A stretch of DNA of 64,000 bases. Origin: Acidobacteriota bacterium (GTDB taxonomy: Bacteria > Acidobacteriota > Thermoanaerobaculia > UBA5066 > Gp7-AA6). The notes under the pieces are model-generated. The model worked only from the letters and a program-made list of their open reading frames with translations. It was not told the DNA's origin and ran no database searches. Position 1 is the first letter of the stretch; each line of letters begins with the position of its first letter. Positions 17,571 through 25,715 of this stretch are shown here, piece by piece. Location: contig JBDTRB010000001.1 in assembly GCA_039931865.1 (NCBI GenBank), forward strand, positions 200-64,199, given 5' to 3'. Both the position numbers and the translations under genes were made by a program.

Positions 17571-18508
17571 ACCGGCACCGGCACCTGCGCGAGCAGCTTC
17601 CGGACCGCCTCACGCTCCCGCCCGCCCGGGCCGAAGCCGTCCGACGCGGCGGAGAGGACCCTGTGAGCGAGAACGGGCTCCGCCACCGCGTGGACGTCGT
17701 CCGGCGTGGCGTAATGACGCCCGGCGAGCAGCGCGTAGGCCTGGGTCGCTCGGAAGAGCGCCTGCGCGCCCCGCGTCGACACCGGGAGTCGCAGATCGGG
17801 AGCGCGGCGCGAAGCCGACACGAGCGCATGGAGGTAGTCGAGGAGCCGGTCAGACACGGTGATCCGCTCCGTCTGGTCCTGCAGTCCCACGAGCTCGGCC
17901 GGACCGAGGACAGCGGGGATCGCCGCGAGCGCCCGTTCCGTCCCTCCGCGCCTCAGCAGCATCTTTTCCTCTTCGGCGGTCGGGTACCCGAGCGACAGGC
18001 GAATGAAAAACCGATCCATCTGGGACTCGGGCAACGGGAAGGTTCCCAGGTATTCGACCGGATTCTGCGTCGCGACGACCATGAAGGGCTGCGGAAGAGG
18101 CCGTCGTTCGGCGTCGAGTGTGACCGCGGCCTCGTTCATCGCCTCGAGCAGCGCCGACTGCGTCTTGGGCGTCGCCCGGTTGATCTCGTCCGCGAGCACG
18201 ATGTTCGCGAAGATCGGGCCGGGATGAAACTCGAACCTTTCGTTCGCCGACTGAAAGACGGTGACGCCGAGAACGTCCGCCGGCATGGTGTCGCTCGTGA
18301 ACTGAATCCGGCGGAACTCGAGCGAGAGGCTCTTTCCGAGCGCCCGCGCGAGCGTCGTCTTGCCGACCCCGGGCACGTCTTCGATCAGGACGTGTCCCCG
18401 GGCGAGGAGGGCGGTCAGGACGAGGTCCACCGCCCGCTTGTCGCCGCGGTAGACGAGGCGGATGTTGTCGCGGAGGCGGTCGAGTCCCGTCGTGACGTCG
18501 GTCTGCAT
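17567..18508 (-). CDS. moxR: MoxR-family AAA+ ATPase
   Basis: 313 aa from MQTDVTTGLDRLRDNIRLVYRGDKRAVDLVLTALLARGHVLIEDVPGVGKTTLARALGKS... Walker A (GVGKT), Walker B (IVLADEINRATPKTQSALLEAMNE). Track ORF 17567-19591 is an antisense-overlapping extension. Confidence 0.85.
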   Translation of the reverse strand: MQTDVTTGLDRLRDNIRLVYRGDKRAVDLVLTALLARGHVLIEDVPGVGKTTLARALGKSLSLEFRRIQFTSDTMPADVLGVTVFQSANERFEFHPGPIFANIVLADEINRATPKTQSALLEAMNEAAVTLDAERRPLPQPFMVVATQNPVEYLGTFPLPESQMDRFFIRLSLGYPTAEEEKMLLRRGGTERALAAIPAVLGPAELVGLQDQTERITVSDRLLDYLHALVSASRRAPDLRLPVSTRGAQALFRATQAYALLAGRHYATPDDVHAVAEPVLAHRVLSAASDGFGPGGREREAVRKLLAQVPVPV

Positions 18509-18537
18509 GCCGCTGAATTCCTCCGGGGTGTTCAGTA

Positions 18538-19539
18538 TCAACGCAATTTGCCCGAAGCCTGTTCCCGCCGGAGCGCTTCGACCGCGGCTTTCAGCTCCCG
18601 TTCCCGGTCGAAAGGCATCACCAGGACCCCTTCCGGGCCCACCACGATCGCGGCGTTCGAGATTCCCGGCGCGATGACCGGCTGGTCCGAAATCACCAGG
18701 TTTCCGTGGGCATCCGACGCGCCCTTGAGCTCCCGGACGGCTCTCCAGGTGCCCGCGTCGCTCCATCCGGCGCGCAGGGGGACGGCTCGGACCCGGGCGG
18801 CTTTCTCCATCACGGCGTAGTCGATCGAGATGTCCGGGAGCGCCTCGTACAGAGCGGCGGCCCGCGGCAGATCGCCCGAGGCCCGGGCCGACTCGGAGGC
18901 CTCGACCGCAGCGACTAGATCCGGCGACACACGCCGCGCCTCCGCGAGAAAACGCGAGGGACGGAAGACGAAGATCCCGGCGTTCCAGAGACAGCCCAGC
19001 CGGACCAGCTCTTCCGCGCGGCCGGGCTCGGGTTTCTCCACGAATCTCAGGACGGCGAGCGAAGACGACTTCGCGTCCGGCCGCACCTCGAGGTATCCAA
19101 AATCCGTTTCCGGGCGAGACGGCGGGACCCCGAGCACCACGACCGACGCCGTGTCGGCTGCGTCGCCGGCGGCGGAGAGCGAAGCGCGAAAGGCCGCGTC
19201 GTCGGCGACGGTCTGGTCCGAGGGCACGGCGGCGGTGACCGGATCGCCGTCGCGGGCGAACGCGATGGCGGCGGCGAGGACCGCGGGGCCCGAGTTGCGC
19301 CGGAAGGGCTCTGCCAGGATCCGCTCGGCGGGGACCCGCGGCAGCTCCTCGCGCACCCGCGCCGCATGGCGCTCCGAGGTCGCGACGTAGATCTCCGAGG
19401 TCAGCGGCGTGAGCCTTGCCGCCGTGTCGGCCAGGAGCGAGCGCCCGGACAGGAGGGCCAGAAACTGTTTCGGCGTCTCTTCCGTCGACAGCGGCCACAG
19501 CCGTGTCCCTCCTCCGCCGGCCAGGAGAAGGATTCTCAT
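18538..19539 (-). CDS. Mannose-1-phosphate guanylyltransferase-like nucleotidyltransferase
   Basis: 333 aa from MRILLLAGGGGTRLWPLSTEETPKQFL... (NTP-transferase G-x-G-T-R-L-W-P-L-S signature). Start ATGA-overlaps the murB stop. Confidence 0.75.
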   Translation of the reverse strand: MRILLLAGGGGTRLWPLSTEETPKQFLALLSGRSLLADTAARLTPLTSEIYVATSERHAARVREELPRVPAERILAEPFRRNSGPAVLAAAIAFARDGDPVTAAVPSDQTVADDAAFRASLSAAGDAADTASVVVLGVPPSRPETDFGYLEVRPDAKSSSLAVLRFVEKPEPGRAEELVRLGCLWNAGIFVFRPSRFLAEARRVSPDLVAAVEASESARASGDLPRAAALYEALPDISIDYAVMEKAARVRAVPLRAGWSDAGTWRAVRELKGASDAHGNLVISDQPVIAPGISNAAIVVGPEGVLVMPFDRERELKAAVEALRREQASGKLR

Positions 19540-20435
19540 CGTTTCCAGGAGATGCCGAGCATGTCCACCTCGGGAGAAAGGGTAATCGCAAACCGGGCGG
19601 CGACCTCGTCTCGCATTCGTTCCACGAGCGCCAGAACGTCTTTCGCGGTCGCGCCCCCCCGATTGACGATCACGTTGGCGTGCCGCTGCGAGATCTCCGC
19701 TCCGCCGACCCGCACGCCCTTCAGGCCGCACGCTTCGAGCAGCCGCCCGGCGTGGTCGTTCGGAGGGTTCTTGAACACGCTCCCGGCGTTCGGCTCCGAG
19801 GGGAGAGCGCCCCGCCGTTTCGAGGCGACCTCCCGCGTTTTTGACTCGATCGTCTCTCGCGGCGCCGTCGAAAGACGCAGCCGGGCCGACACGACAATCT
19901 CGCCCGTGTCGCAGAGCCGCGTCCAACGGTAGCCGTGCGGTATCTCTGCCGCCGCCGCGGTCCTCGCCTCCCCGGAGCGCTCCATCAGCCGGACGGATTC
20001 GAGGACCTGGAAGATTTCGCCGCCATAGGCGCCCGCGTTGATGCGGACGGCCCCGCCCATCGACGACGGAATGCCGGAGATCGCCTCGATCCCGGAGAGC
20101 CCGGCGCGCGCGGCCGCCGCGCAGACACCGCCAAGAGCCGCTCCCCCGCCCGCCTCGAGCATCTCTCCTTCTACGGAGACCCTCAGAAAATTGCCGTCGA
20201 GCCGGACGACGAACCCGGGAAACCCTTCGTCCGCCGCCAGGACGTTCGACCCCATGCCCAGAAGCGCCAGGGGGGCCTGCGAGGACGACGCCTCGCGAAG
20301 GACGCTGGAAAGCCCGGCCTCGTTGCGCACGCGGCAGAACCAGCGCGCGGGGCCTCCGATGCGCCAGGTCGTGTGACGGGCGAGCGGCTCGTTCTCGAGC
20401 ACGACCCCTTCTTCCGGGGAGAGCGTCCAGGTCAC
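19536..20435 (-). CDS. murB: UDP-N-acetylenolpyruvoylglucosamine reductase
   Basis: About 299 aa from GTG (VTWTLSPEEGVVLENEPLARHTTWRIGGPARWF...GSNVL...) with the conserved MurB C-terminus ...SVFKNPPNDHAGRLLEACGLKG... GTG overlaps the pgpA stop (GTGA). Confidence 0.8.
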   Translation of the reverse strand: MTWTLSPEEGVVLENEPLARHTTWRIGGPARWFCRVRNEAGLSSVLREASSSQAPLALLGMGSNVLAADEGFPGFVVRLDGNFLRVSVEGEMLEAGGGAALGGVCAAAARAGLSGIEAISGIPSSMGGAVRINAGAYGGEIFQVLESVRLMERSGEARTAAAAEIPHGYRWTRLCDTGEIVVSARLRLSTAPRETIESKTREVASKRRGALPSEPNAGSVFKNPPNDHAGRLLEACGLKGVRVGGAEISQRHANVIVNRGGATAKDVLALVERMRDEVAARFAITLSPEVDMLGISWKR

Positions 20436-20980
20436 CCGGCGAGCGCCTTTCCGGCTACGAGGGTGACGCCGGCCGCGAGCGCGCCGGCCAGAACGTCGTC
20501 GATCATGATTCCGAAGCCCCCGGGAAGGTTCTGAAGCTTGTGAATCGGGCCCGGCTTCCAGATGTCGAAGAGTCGGAAGGTGAGAAAGGAGATCAGCCAG
20601 AGAAGCCCCTCCCGAAACGGCGACGCGAATGCGAAGAGCGGAACGGCCGAGCATGCGATCCACTGACCCGAGATCTCGTCGAGCACGATCATTCCCGGAT
20701 CCTTCGCGCCGATCGCCCGGCTCGCGCGCGTCGTGAGGGGCACGCCGATCGCGCCGGCGGCCAGCCCGGACATCAAAAGTCCGAGTGCTGCCGCCATGCT
20801 CGGTCCGTGTTGCGAGCGATGCGCGAGAGCGACGGCGGCGGCCGCCAGCCCGAGAGCGAGAAGAGATCCGGCGGTCCCGGGCGCGATCGGAGAAAGCCCG
20901 ACGCCAAATCCGGTCGAAAGCAAAGTGGCGATCGGCTGCTCGCGAAACGCTCGTGCGATCGAGGGCGTTGACTCTGCCAT
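20432..20980 (-). CDS. pgpA: Phosphatidylglycerophosphatase A
   Basis: 182 aa from MAESTPSIARAF...LLSTGFGVGLSPIAPGTAGSL...DEISGQWIA...RLFDIWKPGPI...GGFGIMIDDVLAG (PgpA signature). Track ORF begins further upstream at 21133; an alternative start at MRTPPSS is possible. Confidence 0.75.
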   Translation of the reverse strand: MAESTPSIARAFREQPIATLLSTGFGVGLSPIAPGTAGSLLALGLAAAAVALAHRSQHGPSMAAALGLLMSGLAAGAIGVPLTTRASRAIGAKDPGMIVLDEISGQWIACSAVPLFAFASPFREGLLWLISFLTFRLFDIWKPGPIHKLQNLPGGFGIMIDDVLAGALAAGVTLVAGKALAG

Positions 20981-21030
20981 CGGCGGGGGAGAAGATGGCG
21001 GCGTCCTCATCGGCTTTTCAGCCCCGAGTC

Positions 21031-21036
21031 TATAAT
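21031..21036 (+). promoter_or_regulatory. Consensus TATAAT -10 hexamer in the pgpA/recA divergent intergenic region (candidate recA promoter)
   Basis: gagtcTATAATtgcgcgcaccacgcgcacg, about 63 bp upstream of the recA ATG; followed by a GCGCAC-CAC-GCGCAC direct repeat. No convincing -35 element or known LexA box seen. Confidence 0.3.
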
Positions 21037-21098
21037 TGCGCGCACCACGCGCACGATTTCTCACTTGCCTTTTCAGATGACCAGAAAGGATTGAGGAC

Positions 21099-22208
21099 AT
21101 GTCGAGCGTGAAACCCACGGACGCCAGCATCAAGTCGACGGAAAAATGGCGCGCGATCGAGACCGCGCTGACTCAGATCGAACGCCAATTCGGCAAAGGC
21201 TCCATCATGCGGCTCGGCGATCAGCCGGAGACCGTCATGCAGGTCATCCCCACCGGCTCCCTTGCGGTCGACGCGGCACTGGGCGTCGGCGGAGTTCCCC
21301 GGGGCCGCGTCATCGAGATCTTCGGCCCGGAATCCTCCGGTAAGACGACGCTTTCTCTTCAGATTATCGCGCAGGCGCAGAAAACGGGGGGCCTGGCGGC
21401 CTTCATCGACGCCGAGCACGCGCTCGACGCCGAGTATTCGCGCAAGCTCGGGGTCGATACCGATAACCTGCTCGTCTCGCAGCCGGACAACGGAGAGCAG
21501 GCGCTCGAGATCACCGAGATGCTGATCCGATCCGGGGCCGTCGATGTCGTGGTGATCGACTCAGTCGCCGCGCTCGTGCCGAAGGCGGAGATCGAAGGCG
21601 AGATGGGAGAGGCCCAGATGGGCCTGCAGGCGCGGCTCATGTCGCAGGCGCTGCGGAAACTGACCGCCATCGTCTCGAAGTCGAAGACCAGCCTCATCTT
21701 CATCAACCAGATCCGCGAAAAGATCGGAGTCATGTTCGGCAACCCGGAAACGACGACCGGCGGTCGGGCGCTCAAGTTCTATTCCTCCATCCGGATCGAC
21801 ATCCGTCGGATCGCCTCGATCAAAGATGGCGACACGGTTGTCGGCTCGCGGACGAAGGTCAAGATCGTCAAGAACAAGGTCGCCTCTCCTTTCCGGCAGG
21901 CGGAGTTCGATATCAACTACGGCGAGGGGATCTCCCGCGAGGGCGAGCTTCTCGACATGGGCATCGAGGCGAAGATCGTCGAGAAGTCGGGCGCATGGCT
22001 CTCTTACGGAGACCTGCGCATCGGCCAGGGCCGCGAGAACGCAAAGCAGTTCCTCCGCGAAAACCCGGAACTCTCTAACGAGATCGAGACGAAGCTGCGG
22101 AAGCACCTGGGACTTCTGCCTCCCGATCCGATCGACAAGACTCCCCCGCCGGCTCCCGACGCCGCCGCGCACGAAAAAGCGGCGGCCGCCGAGAAGGCCC
22201 GGCGTTAG
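21099..22208 (+). CDS. recA: Recombinase A
   Basis: 369 aa, ...[27 protein letters not shown]...[10 protein letters not shown]... Unmistakable RecA. Confidence 0.95.
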   Translation: MSSVKPTDASIKSTEKWRAIETALTQIERQFGKGSIMRLGDQPETVMQVIPTGSLAVDAALGVGGVPRGRVIEIFGPESSGKTTLSLQIIAQAQKTGGLAAFIDAEHALDAEYSRKLGVDTDNLLVSQPDNGEQALEITEMLIRSGAVDVVVIDSVAALVPKAEIEGEMGEAQMGLQARLMSQALRKLTAIVSKSKTSLIFINQIREKIGVMFGNPETTTGGRALKFYSSIRIDIRRIASIKDGDTVVGSRTKVKIVKNKVASPFRQAEFDINYGEGISREGELLDMGIEAKIVEKSGAWLSYGDLRIGQGRENAKQFLRENPELSNEIETKLRKHLGLLPPDPIDKTPPPAPDAAAHEKAAAAEKARR

Positions 22209-22284
22209 AGACCCCGAGGTCTTCGCCGGCGCGCGGCCCGGGACCCGGGAAGGATCTTTCGCCTTCCGGGGTTTCGCGGCCGCG

Positions 22285-25065
22285 ATGATCCGATTTCCGG
22301 GCGCCCGCGCCGCTGCGGGCGCTTTTCTCTCGGTTCTCTTTCTTCACGCCCTCCCGGCAGTTGCGGCTCCGCGGGTCCGGCTGGCGGTCGAGCGCTCGGA
22401 CGGGGCGTGCCCCGGCAAGTCGGCCGTCCTCGGCATTGCGCGCCTGAACGGGGCGCGGACTCCCTCGGGCGATGTGTCGGGCTGCGTGCTGCTGGTCGAG
22501 GCGGGAGATCTTTCGGAGGCGCCGTTGTCGGAGCTCGCGTCGCGGCTTTCCCGCTTTCCGAAGCTCTCCTTCGTGCTCCTCGACCTCTCGTCCGCGACCG
22601 GCGAGCCCGCGCGGATCGCGTATGCGGTCAAGAAGCTCTCTTCCGCCGCCCGCGGCGTGTCTCCCGACGCCTCGATCGGGCTCGATCTCGGAACCCGCCC
22701 GGCGGGCGACGAGGACCTGTCGCCATACGCCGACGCTCTCGTGCCGCGCCGCGAAGGCGTCGTTGCCGGCGTCGAGGCGCCGCTGCCCGGCCGATGGCTC
22801 GTACGACCGCTCGAGGGCTTTCCCGCGTCCGACGCGCTGCGCGCGATGGAGCCGTTCCCGCGAGACGAGCTGGGAAGCGTCCGCCTGGTGGCGGTGACCG
22901 GCAACCCGGCGGGAACTCCGCGCCTGGACGACGCCGGCGTCCCGGGTCTCGAGCGGCTGCAGTCGTACTTCACCGACGACGTATCGCCCGACCCGACCCG
23001 GACCGCGATCAGCCTCCCCGACCAGACGTACGACGCGCTGCGCTTCTTCGACGCGAAGAAGTTCACGCCGGTCATCTTCCTCCATCAGTCGCCGCGGGTG
23101 CAGCTCGCGGTTTCCGACGGCGCGTGGACCTCGGCCTCTGTCGAAAACCTCGTCACCGGCGCGCGACGCGACTTCGACCTTCGGGGCGCGAAGACGCTGG
23201 CGCTCGATCCTTCCGCCGGTCCCCTCGCGGTCGTCCTCCACCCGGCGGAGAAGCCCGGCGGAGAGACGCGCAGCGCAGTCGAGGTCGGCGCCACACGCGG
23301 CCTGACCGCCGAAGAGATCGTCGCCCGCGAGCGGGCCTGGGAGGCGGGCCAGAGGGAGCGCGTCGAGTCGTACGTGGGCGACATGAACGCGTCGCTGCGC
23401 TTCCGCGTGGCCGACGTGAACGAGACGTTCGACCTGACGATCCGGGGACCCTTCTTCTACCGGCGCGGTGAGGCCGCGGACTGGCAGTGGAACGAGTTTT
23501 TCTTAAACGGAGTGAAGTGGAAGGGAAAGACGCTGCCGAAGCTTCCCATCCTCCAGCCTGAGAAGGTGACCACGCTCCCGCTCGATCTGCGCCTGTCCGA
23601 GGACTATGCCTACGAGCTGAAAGGTGAGGGCGCGGTCGAGGGGCGGCGCGCGTACCACGTCGCGTACACCCCGAAGAGCTCCGTGGCCACGAAGGCCGTC
23701 TACCGGGGCAGCGTCTGGATCGACAAGCAGACGTTTGCGCTGCTGCGGCGCGATTCGATCCAGATGAATTTGAAGGGAGAGACGCTCTCGAACGTCCAGA
23801 CGGAGCACTACCGGCCGGTTCCGGGACATCCGGACCTGATGCTTCCGCTCGAGATCACCGGCACGCAGGTCTTCTCGACCGCGGGCCGCACGACCGCGAT
23901 CGAACGGGACGTCGTGCTGCAGTCCGTGGAAGTGAACTCTCCCGACTTCGTCGAGCGGCGCGCAAAGGCCTACGCCTCCGAGTCGCAGATGATCCGGGAC
24001 ACGGACATCGGGATGCGCAACCTGATACCCGACCCCGCGACGCCGGGCGCGCGCATTGTCGAGACCAAGGTTTCCAGGAAGAGCACGTTCGCAATCCTGG
24101 GCGGCTTCTACGACAAGTCCCTGGACTACCCGATTCCCCTGATCGGAATTCAGCACTTCAACTTCGACCTGTTCGGAAAGGGGAAGCAGCTTTCCGTGTT
24201 CTTCGCGGGAGCCCTGCTCACGACGAATTACTCCGACCCGGCGTTCCTCGGGAGCCGATTCGACTTCGGCGCTGATCTTTTCGGCGCCGCGGTGGCGTTC
24301 GGCGACGTGTCGTACCGGAACGGCGCGCAGGTCACGGCCGAAAAAATCAAACACCTGCCGGCGGTTCTCCAGTTGAATCTCGGCCATCCGCTCGGGCCGT
24401 ACCTCAAGGCGTCTCTCGGAGTTTTCGCGAAGTACGACAACTACCAGCGGGACAAGGACACCGGCCCGAACTTCGTGACTCCCGTCGACACGATCACGAA
24501 CGGAGCGGAGTTAAAGCTCGTGGCCAACCTCTCGGGGTTCAACGCGTCGGTTTCGGGCAACTACTTCCGGCGGGGGAAATGGGAACCGTGGGGCGATCCC
24601 GCGACCTCGGAGTACCAGCCGTCGCAGAAGGACTACTTCCGCTGGGACGCGAACATCTCGAAGGACCAGTATTTCTCGGGCTTCCGAAAGCTCCACGTCG
24701 GGCTCTCGTATCTCGGCGGCACGGACCTCGACCGCTTCTCGAAGTACGAGTTCGGCGCGTTTTCCGGTCATCCGCTGCGCGGCTTCCAGAGCGGAAGCCT
24801 CCGGACCGAGCGCGCGTACCTCGCCAACGTTTCCTACGGGATCAACATCGAGGACATCATCCGGTTCGAAGGGTTCTACGACCAGGCGCTGTTGAACGAC
24901 AGGGTGTCGGGTTTCAAAAACACGTATTTTTCCGGCGCGGGCCTCCTCGCGTCGCTGAACGGCCCGTGGAAGAACTCGCTCTTCCGCGCGGAGATCGGCG
25001 TGCCCGTCGTGTCGCACGGCGTGTCGGGGTATGTGATCAATGTGCTTTTGTTGAAGCTGTTCTAA
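22285..25065 (+). CDS. Large outer-membrane protein: signal peptide, N-terminal region, LolA-like middle domain and C-terminal beta-barrel (ends ...NVLLLKLF)
   Basis: Start MIRFPGARAAAGAFLSVLFLHALPAVAA (signal peptide) at 22285; the track ORF from 21826 overlaps recA. Alternating amphipathic beta-strand pattern in the last ~400 aa and a C-terminal aromatic residue (F), typical of OMP barrels. 926 aa. Confidence 0.7.
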   Translation: MIRFPGARAAAGAFLSVLFLHALPAVAAPRVRLAVERSDGACPGKSAVLGIARLNGARTPSGDVSGCVLLVEAGDLSEAPLSELASRLSRFPKLSFVLLDLSSATGEPARIAYAVKKLSSAARGVSPDASIGLDLGTRPAGDEDLSPYADALVPRREGVVAGVEAPLPGRWLVRPLEGFPASDALRAMEPFPRDELGSVRLVAVTGNPAGTPRLDDAGVPGLERLQSYFTDDVSPDPTRTAISLPDQTYDALRFFDAKKFTPVIFLHQSPRVQLAVSDGAWTSASVENLVTGARRDFDLRGAKTLALDPSAGPLAVVLHPAEKPGGETRSAVEVGATRGLTAEEIVARERAWEAGQRERVESYVGDMNASLRFRVADVNETFDLTIRGPFFYRRGEAADWQWNEFFLNGVKWKGKTLPKLPILQPEKVTTLPLDLRLSEDYAYELKGEGAVEGRRAYHVAYTPKSSVATKAVYRGSVWIDKQTFALLRRDSIQMNLKGETLSNVQTEHYRPVPGHPDLMLPLEITGTQVFSTAGRTTAIERDVVLQSVEVNSPDFVERRAKAYASESQMIRDTDIGMRNLIPDPATPGARIVETKVSRKSTFAILGGFYDKSLDYPIPLIGIQHFNFDLFGKGKQLSVFFAGALLTTNYSDPAFLGSRFDFGADLFGAAVAFGDVSYRNGAQVTAEKIKHLPAVLQLNLGHPLGPYLKASLGVFAKYDNYQRDKDTGPNFVTPVDTITNGAELKLVANLSGFNASVSGNYFRRGKWEPWGDPATSEYQPSQKDYFRWDANISKDQYFSGFRKLHVGLSYLGGTDLDRFSKYEFGAFSGHPLRGFQSGSLRTERAYLANVSYGINIEDIIRFEGFYDQALLNDRVSGFKNTYFSGAGLLASLNGPWKNSLFRAEIGVPVVSHGVSGYVINVLLLKLF

Positions 25066-25071
25066 GCAGAC

Positions 25072-25246
25072 CCGAATCGGGAGCCGAGCGAACAGCGGGA
25101 GCGACGGTACTCGGTACTCCCCGGTCAACTTGCCTTGCGGGCCTGGATCCGTAATCGGGAATCGGGAGCCGAGCGACCCAGCGGGAGCGAGACGGCCGCG
25201 GTACTCCGCGGTCAACTTGCCTCGCGGGCCTGAATCGGGAATCGGC
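25072..25246. repeat. Interspersed repeat element, copies B1+B2 (two tandem cores, forward orientation)
   Basis: B1 is degenerate (cgaatcgggagccgagcgaacagcgggagcgacggtactcggtactccccggtcaacttgcc). B2 is near-canonical (gggaatcgggagccgagcgacccagcgggagcgagacggccgcggtactccgcggtcaacttgcc) and is followed by tgaatcgggaatcgg. Begins 7 bp after the OMP stop. Confidence 0.7.
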
Positions 25247-25251
25247 GAAAA

Positions 25252-25500
25252 CTAGTCCGACAGCACGGCCTTCTGCACGTCGAACACGAGGACGCCCTCC
25301 TGCTCTCCGCTTGTGATCAGGCCCGCGCCCGTCTCGCGACAAAACGCGTCTACGTCGGCGGCAGCCGCAGGGTCCGTCGCGAGAAGACGGGCCCGTGCGC
25401 CCGGAGGACAGCACCTCAACGCCGCAGCGAGCCGCAGGACAGGAATCGGGCAGTAAAGGCCCCGGGCATCCACCTCGACGACTGTTTCAAGCTTTTCCAC
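25252..25500 (-). CDS. TusA-like sulfurtransferase (CPxP motif)
   Basis: About 82 aa from GTG: (M)EKLETVVEVDARGLYCPIPVLRLAAALRCCPPGARARLLATDPAAAADVDAFCRETGAGLITSGEQEGVLVFDVQKA. The LDxRGLxCPxP motif is diagnostic of the TusA/SirA family. The track ORF (143 aa) runs on into the repeat. Confidence 0.6.
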   Translation of the reverse strand: MEKLETVVEVDARGLYCPIPVLRLAAALRCCPPGARARLLATDPAAAADVDAFCRETGAGLITSGEQEGVLVFDVQKAVLSD

Positions 25501-25571
25501 GACCCCATCGTCTCGCGATCCGGACCATTCAGCGAATTGTTTTCGTCCCTGACACGCCCCGTTGCCCTCCT

Positions 25572-25661
25572 CGATTCCCGATTCCCGATTCCCGATTCCC
25601 GGAGGCGAGTTGACCGCGGAGTACCGCGGCCGTCTCGCTCCCGGGGGGTCGCTCGGCTCTC
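25572..25661. repeat. Interspersed repeat element, copy C (reverse orientation): (GATTCCC)4 + core
   Basis: cgattcccgattcccgattcccgattcccggaggcgagttgaccgcggagtaccgcggccgtctcgctcccggggggtcgctcggctctc is the reverse complement of the copy A/B/D core plus heptamers. Together with B2 it brackets the tusA-like gene in inverted orientation. Confidence 0.7.
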
Positions 25662-25715
25662 TTTTTTTCCCTGGCCGACTCACGATCCATCAGGGCATGG
25701 CTATATCCTCCGCGG

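Noticed and set aside
24511-25215. 234-aa minus ORF (and the plus ORFs 25537-25869 and 25562-26215)
   Set aside because: They exist only because the conserved repeat elements lack stops; they overlap the OMP and purH genes and contain the repeat-derived peptide ELTAEYRGRLAPGGSLGS.
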